A stretch of 60,624 nt of DNA, taken from positions 1-60,624 of the forward strand of contig JANQRN010000248.1 of assembly GCA_028284545.1 (NCBI GenBank), given 5' to 3'. Made by a program: the position numbers and the translations under genes. The notes below the pieces were generated by a model. That model was not told the origin of the DNA. It saw only the letters and a list, made by a program, of their open reading frames with translations, and searched no databases. Source of the stretch: Rhodothermales bacterium (GTDB lineage Bacteria; Bacteroidota; Rhodothermia; Rhodothermales; JABDKH01). This document shows positions 53,222 to 60,624 of the stretch, one piece after another (position 1 is the stretch's first letter; each line of letters opens with the position of its first letter).

Positions 53222-55099
53222 TTAGTTCGCCCCAAGTATATACGCGGCCTTACGGTGCGGGGGTAGCCCAAACGTCCAGGCCTTCTCGAGCCTGTAGTCG
53301 TTCTCCTCAAAACACTGAAGCCATTCCTTGTGTGTACGAAACTCAAGATGCTCGCCCATCGCTCCACCAGAACGAATCTTGTTTGCGAACCTGTCCAGTA
53401 GCGTGAGGACGCGGAGCTCGAGCACAGTTTGGAATACTGATTCCACAATAACAACCCTACCGCTGCATACGCGAATTGCCTCGGCAAGCACCTGTTCAGG
53501 ATTGAGCGCGTGATGCAGTACATAGTAGAGCACTACGGCGTCTACAGCGTTGTCCCCCAACGGTATGTTTATGCCGTCATAGACCACGATTTCATGTTCC
53601 GAGTCGCCATAAGCGGACACGTCCATGTACACGACTTCGCTTCTAGTGACAGTGTGAATCGCACTGCCAACGAAACCTTCTCCGCATCCAAGATCCAGAA
53701 TCCGAGCGCTCGGTACGTGCGGCAAATACCTCAGCACTACACGGGCTTTGCGTCGGGCCCGGAGTTCAAGTACCCTTCGGACGCCCCAGCGGATGACAGG
53801 CAGGCACAGAATCACAGCCCAACCGGTCCACATGATCCACACGAACGGCCAGTACAGACCATGCGTGTATATGAGGTACGTCGCTACTGTCCATGTGGAG
53901 AGCCAAATCCATGCGGTACTGCGCGTCCCGTCCACCGCGAACAACGCCAGTAACGGAACGAAATACCAGGGATGAATGGTAGTCGCCGTCGCAAGAAACG
54001 CGGCGAGAACCCAGAACATGATTCGTTTTAGGGGTATACGTCTCAGACGATCCCGCCAGCTGCGGGGGCCTATCCATTCCACTACGACATATGCAGCGAA
54101 GGAGAACAAGAAAGTGTGCTGTAGCATCGGACCGAGCTGCTTGCTCCAGTCGTTCCCAGTACTGATCTGCATTGCCTCTTTCAGCAGGTAGTACGGACCC
54201 GCGTTGAATTCGAAGAGCCTGACATACAGGTTCAGCGACTCTCGAATGTTGACTATCGCGTCGACTGAGAGAATCGGGAGCGCAAGCGTAGCACACACGA
54301 CAATGAAACCCAGCACCGATGCCAGTCCTCGCCGCCTGGCCAAGGGCGGTAACCAGAGCGCTGGGTAGATCTTGACCATTGCACCGAATCCGAGTGCAGC
54401 ACCGGCGGCCAACGACCGAAGGCTGCTAGATCCGTTGCGCCTACGCGCGAACAACAACGTTAATGCGAGAAACGGGATGAGTAGCGCCTCGGTGTGGGCC
54501 TGTCCCCATGTCTCCAATACGACCAGCGGATTCAGGGCGTAGATCGCAAGTGACGCACCGGTACAGAGACGACCAAGTAGGATTAGTCCCAGCAGCTCCG
54601 CTAGTGCAAGTATGGCCTTGACACCATACGTGGAAGCGGGTAACTCGGAACCGGTCACTGCGACGGCCGCCCGAAACGCATACTGCGACGCCGGCGGATA
54701 GACGCTGAAGTAGTCAGCCGAGTTCAACCGGGTCTTTACTTCCTGCAGCTCGGGAGGCGCGTCAGCCAGTCGGCCAGAAACCTGCAGATCGTTGGGCCGA
54801 TGTTCGTATACAGCCACATCGATTCTCGGGAGATATCCGTCCCACACAAATCGATAAACATCGTCGGATAGCGTCGGGGGCAACCAGAACACTGCGAATC
54901 GCAGTAGCACCGCGCCTAGCAGGATGTGCCGCACTTCAAGCCTGCCAAGTGTTCGTCGATTCAAGACGAGGACAACAGTACCAAGCAACACCAGCGCAGC
55001 AAAGATCGTCCAGTGTTCTCGACTTAGCGATGCGACTGCCGCGCCGACCGTGCAGGCAGTGAGCGCAACAAATCCGACCACGACACGCGCGCGCGACAT
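53222..55099 (-). CDS. GT87/DUF2029-like polytopic glycosyltransferase fused to a class I SAM-dependent methyltransferase
   Basis: LSDDVYRFVWDG, SVYPP, LNPLV, HTE, FEFNA, HPWY (GT-C type); C-terminal ILDLGCGEG...VLHH...EAIRV. Confidence 0.8.
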   Translation of the reverse strand: MSRARVVVGFVALTACTVGAAVASLSREHWTIFAALVLLGTVVLVLNRRTLGRLEVRHILLGAVLLRFAVFWLPPTLSDDVYRFVWDGYLPRIDVAVYEHRPNDLQVSGRLADAPPELQEVKTRLNSADYFSVYPPASQYAFRAAVAVTGSELPASTYGVKAILALAELLGLILLGRLCTGASLAIYALNPLVVLETWGQAHTEALLIPFLALTLLFARRRNGSSSLRSLAAGAALGFGAMVKIYPALWLPPLARRRGLASVLGFIVVCATLALPILSVDAIVNIRESLNLYVRLFEFNAGPYYLLKEAMQISTGNDWSKQLGPMLQHTFLFSFAAYVVVEWIGPRSWRDRLRRIPLKRIMFWVLAAFLATATTIHPWYFVPLLALFAVDGTRSTAWIWLSTWTVATYLIYTHGLYWPFVWIMWTGWAVILCLPVIRWGVRRVLELRARRKARVVLRYLPHVPSARILDLGCGEGFVGSAIHTVTRSEVVYMDVSAYGDSEHEIVVYDGINIPLGDNAVDAVVLYYVLHHALNPEQVLAEAIRVCSGRVVIVESVFQTVLELRVLTLLDRFANKIRSGGAMGEHLEFRTHKEWLQCFEENDYRLEKAWTFGLPPHRKAAYILGAN

Positions 55100-55102
55100 C
55101 TC

Positions 55103-55510
55103 CTACGCGAGATTCAAGACGAGCACAACCCTCCTACCGTGCTCTTCGAATCGAACTTCATCCGCCAGTTGCCCCATAAGGAAGAGTCCCCTTCCTCGAT
55201 CAGCCAACATGTGCTCAGCGTTCAGCGGATCCGACACGTTTTCGACTACGAAGCCACTCCCCTCATCCGTTACCGAGACCGTAGCCTTTCCGTCGCCGCA
55301 TTCAAATGTCACCGTGACCTTCTTCTCCTCGTCGAATTGGTTACCATGTTCGATTCCGTTGGTAACCGCCTCCGACGCAAGGAGTATCATGTTGTACGCC
55401 TGCTCCTCATCTGCGATTTGCGACGAGAAGAAGTCCTCGGCCTCGTGTACCATGCGCTCAATCGTATCGAAAGCGCTAGGTAGGACGAATGTTTTCGAGC
55501 GGACGGACAT
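55103..55510 (-). CDS. Anti-sigma factor / ATP-binding protein (RsbW-like HATPase_c)
   Basis: SEAVTNGIEHGN, VTDEGSGF, RGRGLFLM. Confidence 0.88.
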   Translation of the reverse strand: MSVRSKTFVLPSAFDTIERMVHEAEDFFSSQIADEEQAYNMILLASEAVTNGIEHGNQFDEEKKVTVTFECGDGKATVSVTDEGSGFVVENVSDPLNAEHMLADRGRGLFLMGQLADEVRFEEHGRRVVLVLNLA

Positions 55511-55513
55511 CGG

Positions 55514-58500
55514 CTAGCGAATCACGGCTGCTTTCAGTGTCAATTGGTCTCCGTCGGGGGCAAGAAGATGTAGAAGGTACACGCCTGAGGATACAAGAGC
55601 ACCACGAAAGTCGCGCAGGTCCCAGGTTACGCCGCCGTTCCCATCGTCTTCGCGTAGCGTTTGTACCCGTACGCCACCCCCCGAATAGATCTGGACTTCG
55701 GTACCATTCGGAACTCCACCTACCGTCATAGCCGAGTGACCCGGTTTTGCGGGATTTGGAAAGACAAACGCTTGATCCAGATTGGCAGCCGACCCGCCAA
55801 GCGCTATCACGGATCCTTCGCCGTGCGTGGTCCGTCCAGACACGGCTTCCACCGCGAGCAACCGAAGACGCGCGTCAAGTCCAGTTGGTCCAACACCGAC
55901 ACCGGCGAGCGTGAGGATGAACTCGATCCCGTCGTCACCGATCTGACTCACAGAAACAACTGACCCGAATGGCTCAACTGCATAGTTGTCCGCATCTGTC
56001 GCCGAGCCAATAACAACGGGCTCCGAAAAGCGGAGGATGACCGCGTTCGGAGGACGTACCTCCCACGACGATAGAATCAATTGATCGTCCTGTCGCCCAC
56101 CCTCGCACGTATCGATCCACGTCGACGTCAACGCAACCGGGGTTCCTTCTCGATCGGTAACACCCGACAGCATTAGCGTGTCAGCAACCGGACTATCGAA
56201 CCCAATCGTCAAACGACGACCGGCCACGACAACTGAGGAAATCGCAATCGTACTCGTTGCCAGCGACGCGACAGGTGTCCGATTGTCAATGAGTGCAATC
56301 TGATCCGAGAACGTAATCGACACCTGTCGATCAGACGGATACGACACGTCTGTCGCAAACGCCGGCTCGTGCGGGCGAACAAAGGATGGTGCAGAAAGGG
56401 GGCGCGCTACGCCCGCTGCCCACGCCTGAACGACAAACTCGGCAGGCTCAGTGCGACCAATAGTGACCGTACTTGCACCGACAACCGTAGTGTCGATGTC
56501 GAGTGACCCGTTAGGAACACGCGAGAAGACCGTCACCGAATCTGTGCCAGGTGCGTCCCATTCGAGCAATACGCTGGTCGCATCGAGGGCAATAGATCGC
56601 GTAATCCTGGCAGGAGCACCTGGTACTGGCCTCGTCGGTGTCCATCTCGCAAACGCGCCGCTTGTGGTTGCAAGGATGAGCTCATCGACACCGTCCGAAT
56701 TCGAATCGCCGACGACGCTCTTCGCGCTTCGTATTCGTGTACCATCCCGAGGAAGGGAATAAATCAGCGTCGGCGCCGAGCCAGACAGGTCAATGACATA
56801 CAGATCAGGCGCCGCGACGACCACAAGTTCGTCGAAGCCATCGTCATTGGCGTCAATGCTGCCAAGCGAAGAGTGCCGATCGATCTCACCGGGAATCGCA
56901 AACGAAAAGAGTTCGGAATACTCGTCGTTCGCAGTGGAGCCAAACACATGTACTACTGTCGCGTCTGGTTCGTACTCGCGGTCAAAGCGCTGACCGATCC
57001 AGTTCGTCGTTGACGACGCGAACCATCGCGTGCCGTTTCTTGCATCCCCTGACGCAAATTGCCTACCGGCGTTATATCGATCTGTCTCAAAGCTCCATCG
57101 GAGCGCGTAACTCTCGCTAGCCGTCGCCTCCCAAAGCACCCAGTCGCCATCGGAGTCTCCAAAAAGAAAGTCGGTTGCCCCGTCGCCGTCTAGATCGTCG
57201 ATCAATATATCTGGCTGGGCCAGCGTGTTCTCCGAAAGCTCGGTCGACTGCACGTCGGTTGGGTTAGTCAATTGTGCAACCTCCGAGAAGGACCCGCCAT
57301 CGCGCTTCAACACGCGGAATACGGAAGTGTTGTGCGCATACACCTCTCCCCGCCCATCTCCGTCTGCGTCATGAATCGCCGCGCCCCAGACCGCACCTGG
57401 GTCCGTTGGCTTATTCAGTCCCGTGGTGTCGACCCAGGCAACAACAGATGGTACCGCGCTTGGTGCGGTCGCCTCAAAGAGTATCGTAGCTCCCGAAACC
57501 TGCCCAAGTAGCTCGGTGCGGCCGTCAGCGTTTGTATCCCCAACATCCCTAGGGAACACGTTGCTGACGATCAACCCTTCTGTTGTCCAGAGTGGGTACT
57601 CCGCAACTCGGACGGTATCTCCCAGTTGGCCGTCGCTATAATCGTTGAAGACTATTTCCTTGAGGCCGTCGCGATCGAAGTCCGTTAACACGGGCAGCGG
57701 AAACCCGTCGGGTAGAGCAAGCAGCTCCTGCCGAAAGAGAAGGTCGTTGACCGCAGCCGCTGGCATCTCTACATCGGTCGCAACCCCCGTAGTCCGCCCC
57801 GCGGTGTTCGTTAGCTGAATACGCACCGAGGTTGGGCTTCCGGCACCTACCGGCGCAACAAGAACGAGACCGTGGCGTCGCGCCAGCCGGTCACTGATTG
57901 TCCGCGTACTGCTTCCCGTGCTCCACGATGCGACCAACTCCGCGGTCGCGAGGTCGTCCGTTTCGACATCCACGAACAACGCGGGTTGACCGCTATGGAA
58001 CGCCGGGTATGTATCAGATTGTACAACAACCGGAGGTGATCGGTCGACGTAAACGACACGTCGATCTTCAATAGTCTGTCCCGACGAGAGCCGGGCGGAT
58101 AGCCTGATCGTGTAGGCGCCGTCGGCGAGGCCGTCTATCCGCCAGGTCGCTAACGTGTCGTTAAATACCTGACTAAATTGCGTGGATGTAACTGGTACAA
58201 AATCAGTTTCGAGGAGGTCTTCGCTGCCGCCGGCGAAGTCGACGTTGAACGACTCCAGCTCAGGATGCAGCACTGCACCAGTTATTGTTATAGACGGTCC
58301 CTCAAAACCGGCGTTCAGTTCCGGGCGAATGATCTGGACACGCGCCGGGAGCGCGCGCCGAAGTGCCGCCCCTGCATTGAGCAATCCGGCACCCGAACGA
58401 TGATCCCAACCGTCTTCCCCGATATCTGTAGCACTGCCCAGAATTGCACTCCGGACGGCTGCGGGGCTCAGATTCCGGTCCACAGACCGTATGAGTGCGG

Positions 58501-60624
58501 CGGTAGCCGAAACCATCGGCGCAGCAAGTGAGGATCCACTTTGGCGTCCGTAGAGCTTGGCGTCAACGCCCTGGTCCATGAACGCCTGCTGAGTCGTAAA
58601 CACAAAGGAGCCGGGAGCACCAACATCCACTCCAGTTCCATAGGAGGCCCGGCCCGCCGGGCCCGATCCGTCTTCTACTAGCCAGACAGTTGAAAGGACC
58701 TCTGGGTAGTCGGAGGGGTAATGCGGGTCATCTCCCCCCACGTTCCCGGCCGACGCGACGATGACTGTACCGCGCTCCGTAGCGTACCGCACAGCTTCAT
58801 CCATTAACGGCGAGAAATAGGAATCACCAAAGGAGAGATTCACAACATCTAAACCGATATCGGCGGCGTAGATCAGCGCTGCAGCAATGTCGTCATCGTC
58901 TCCCCTCCCGTCAGCACCAAAGCCGCGAAGAGGAACGAGTGCGATCTCGGGAGCGAGTCCGACGATGCCAACGCCGTTCTCCGCTCTGGCACCGATAACC
59001 CCGGCGATCAGTGTACCGTGGCCACTACCATCGTCGGACGGATCAGGGTCTCGATCGCGATAGTCAAGCGGTTCCACGGACTGGGGGCGGTCTACAAAGT
59101 CGTATCCGACGACGTCATCAATCCATCCGTTTCCATCGTCGTCTACGCCGTTGAGATCGTCAGCGTCCAGTACGCCGTTCCCGTTTCGGTCCTCCGTTGA
59201 ATTGACCCAGAACGCGCCAACAAGGTCGGGGTGGTCGAATTGGACGCCGGTATCTATGAAGCCGACGCGGATCTGCGGATCACCCCGCGTAACACGCCAT
59301 GCTTCGGCGATGTTTACGACGGCGTGGTGCGCGAGGCTATCTGCCAACGGATCGGGAGCGCCGAGATCGCCACGATCTAATTTATACCGATGGTTGCGGT
59401 GGGCATACATTACGCCGGGCTGTGACGCCCACCACGCCACCTGCGTGTCGAGGTCTTGCCCATCGCCCAGCGGCACGACGAAAGCCGCAATCTTATCGGA
59501 TCGTCGTTTTCCAGCGCCAACAGGAGCATCGAACGAAACCGGGCTCACGAGAGAGTCTTGGAGAAGGACTTGCTGGGACACACCGCCGGGTACAACTCTG
59601 ACGATGATCTCCTGCGCCGCAGCGTTGTTCAATCCCAAGCCAAGTACGACGACAAGCAAGACAAGCGTCGCCACTACGCGCTCAAGAATGCCGGCCACAC
59701 GATGTGCTAGTGTCTGCCGGTCGTACCGGCTGACCTCATGCGGCGAAGCCACCGGAAGCTGATGACTTGACTGCAGGTTCACGAGCCGCTCAATCACGCC
59801 GGCGCAGGCAGTAACGTCGTCGGGGTCACATACAAATCCGGCCGAGTAGGCTGACAACGCTTCGTGGGCGTCACCGGGAGGTACAAGTCCGAGGATGGGT
59901 TTCTGTGTCCCGAAGTACTCGAAGAGTTTGCCCGTCGACAACTGTTCTTCGCCAGGCTGGCGACCGATTGTCATCCAAAGCACGTCGGCTGCGACCAGAA
60001 GCCGACACAACTCGGTATGCTCCTTATAGCTCTCAACAAACGCGACGTCCTGAAGACCCATCTCGCGAATGTTATCTGAGAGGCTCGGCTGGAATGTACC
60101 TACGAACCTTGCAACGACCCGCGACCGCAGATCTGGGCGCCGCTTGCAGACCATGGCAAGCGCTGCCAGAAACGTGTCGGGGCGCTGCGCATCATAGAAT
60201 GTGCCGGCGTAAAGAAATGAGCAGCGGTGTGCCTGAGAAAGCGGCGGCCGGGCTGCCGAGATCGGCTTGGGCTCGGCGATCACGTCGTCGAAGTCCTCCG
60301 GATCAAATCCCTGCGATACGATCGCGATTCTGTCTGCAAGAACGGGATTCCTGTCTACGAGGGCAGCGGCGATGTACTTGTTGATCGCAATTGCCGCGGC
60401 GCTGGCCTCCGCTACCGTCGCCTCAAGTTCCCGGTGCTTTCGGCGGTGCCATCGTGTTGGATAGACGTGGCGTGGGTTCTCCACCCAATCATCCCGAAAA
60501 TCGCATACCAGTGGCACTCGAACGGCTTCTGAAAACTCTTTGCCCGCAAGCAGGGCTGTGTACGGCGGTGCGGTTGCTAGGACTGCCTCAAACGGATTCT
60601 CATGATGCAGTGCAAGCGCCTGCT
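55514..60624 (-). CDS. Single open frame: GT4 glycosyltransferase (5'-truncated by the window) fused in-frame to an S8 subtilisin-like protease with FG-GAP repeats and a T9SS C-terminal domain
   Basis: Frame open to the window edge (...ATAPPYT...PLVCDFRDDW, TGKLFEY = GT4). After a signal-peptide-like stretch come the S8 triad IDTG / HGT / SGSSLAAP, DxDGDG repeats and FVFPNP...WDL...SGVYL...KAAVIR. Confidence 0.8.
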   Translation of the reverse strand, partial: QALALHHENPFEAVLATAPPYTALLAGKEFSEAVRVPLVCDFRDDWVENPRHVYPTRWHRRKHRELEATVAEASAAAIAINKYIAAALVDRNPVLADRIAIVSQGFDPEDFDDVIAEPKPISAARPPLSQAHRCSFLYAGTFYDAQRPDTFLAALAMVCKRRPDLRSRVVARFVGTFQPSLSDNIREMGLQDVAFVESYKEHTELCRLLVAADVLWMTIGRQPGEEQLSTGKLFEYFGTQKPILGLVPPGDAHEALSAYSAGFVCDPDDVTACAGVIERLVNLQSSHQLPVASPHEVSRYDRQTLAHRVAGILERVVATLVLLVVVLGLGLNNAAAQEIIVRVVPGGVSQQVLLQDSLVSPVSFDAPVGAGKRRSDKIAAFVVPLGDGQDLDTQVAWWASQPGVMYAHRNHRYKLDRGDLGAPDPLADSLAHHAVVNIAEAWRVTRGDPQIRVGFIDTGVQFDHPDLVGAFWVNSTEDRNGNGVLDADDLNGVDDDGNGWIDDVVGYDFVDRPQSVEPLDYRDRDPDPSDDGSGHGTLIAGVIGARAENGVGIVGLAPEIALVPLRGFGADGRGDDDDIAAALIYAADIGLDVVNLSFGDSYFSPLMDEAVRYATERGTVIVASAGNVGGDDPHYPSDYPEVLSTVWLVEDGSGPAGRASYGTGVDVGAPGSFVFTTQQAFMDQGVDAKLYGRQSGSSLAAPMVSATAALIRSVDRNLSPAAVRSAILGSATDIGEDGWDHRSGAGLLNAGAALRRALPARVQIIRPELNAGFEGPSITITGAVLHPELESFNVDFAGGSEDLLETDFVPVTSTQFSQVFNDTLATWRIDGLADGAYTIRLSARLSSGQTIEDRRVVYVDRSPPVVVQSDTYPAFHSGQPALFVDVETDDLATAELVASWSTGSSTRTISDRLARRHGLVLVAPVGAGSPTSVRIQLTNTAGRTTGVATDVEMPAAAVNDLLFRQELLALPDGFPLPVLTDFDRDGLKEIVFNDYSDGQLGDTVRVAEYPLWTTEGLIVSNVFPRDVGDTNADGRTELLGQVSGATILFEATAPSAVPSVVAWVDTTGLNKPTDPGAVWGAAIHDADGDGRGEVYAHNTSVFRVLKRDGGSFSEVAQLTNPTDVQSTELSENTLAQPDILIDDLDGDGATDFLFGDSDGDWVLWEATASESYALRWSFETDRYNAGRQFASGDARNGTRWFASSTTNWIGQRFDREYEPDATVVHVFGSTANDEYSELFSFAIPGEIDRHSSLGSIDANDDGFDELVVVAAPDLYVIDLSGSAPTLIYSLPRDGTRIRSAKSVVGDSNSDGVDELILATTSGAFARWTPTRPVPGAPARITRSIALDATSVLLEWDAPGTDSVTVFSRVPNGSLDIDTTVVGASTVTIGRTEPAEFVVQAWAAGVARPLSAPSFVRPHEPAFATDVSYPSDRQVSITFSDQIALIDNRTPVASLATSTIAISSVVVAGRRLTIGFDSPVADTLMLSGVTDREGTPVALTSTWIDTCEGGRQDDQLILSSWEVRPPNAVILRFSEPVVIGSATDADNYAVEPFGSVVSVSQIGDDGIEFILTLAGVGVGPTGLDARLRLLAVEAVSGRTTHGEGSVIALGGSAANLDQAFVFPNPAKPGHSAMTVGGVPNGTEVQIYSGGGVRVQTLREDDGNGGVTWDLRDFRGALVSSGVYLLHLLAPDGDQLTLKAAVIR

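Overview
High-GC bacterial chromosomal segment. It is most consistent with an FCB-group organism, probably Rhodothermota; this is inferred from several T9SS C-terminal sorting domains, a Bacteroidota-type NagB-PIG-L fusion and TAnnTTTG-like promoters. From left to right: (i) 1-8.4 kb, a SusD-less TonB-receptor plus T9SS-cargo operon; (ii) 8.5-19.6 kb, a peptidoglycan/GlcNAc recycling cluster (amidase-like lipoprotein, NagZ, GHL10 hydrolase, tandem GNAT, AmpG, NagB); (iii) a LytS/LytTR pair; (iv) 23-44 kb, mostly housekeeping genes (tatD, dnaK, pgsA, pyrE, cinA, recA, tRNA-fMet, DUF1015-serA-serC, pntAB, yggS, divIVA, PNP, racemase-DmpA, ECF sigma); (v) 44.4-49.8 kb, a methionine operon (metB, ACT-less aspartokinase-homoserine dehydrogenase, metC, asd) under an unusually expanded SAM-I-clan riboswitch with a visible translational switch; (vi) 49.9-52.3 kb, the most striking locus, a tyrosine recombinase fused to an N-terminal NUMOD4/HNH module, with a 28-bp dif-like site and a 12-bp tandem array of DnaA-box-like repeats just upstream; (vii) miaA, a GT87-methyltransferase fusion, an RsbW-like protein and an in-frame GT4 glycosyltransferase/S8 protease fusion that runs off the right edge. 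All calls come from motif reading by eye; no database searches were run.
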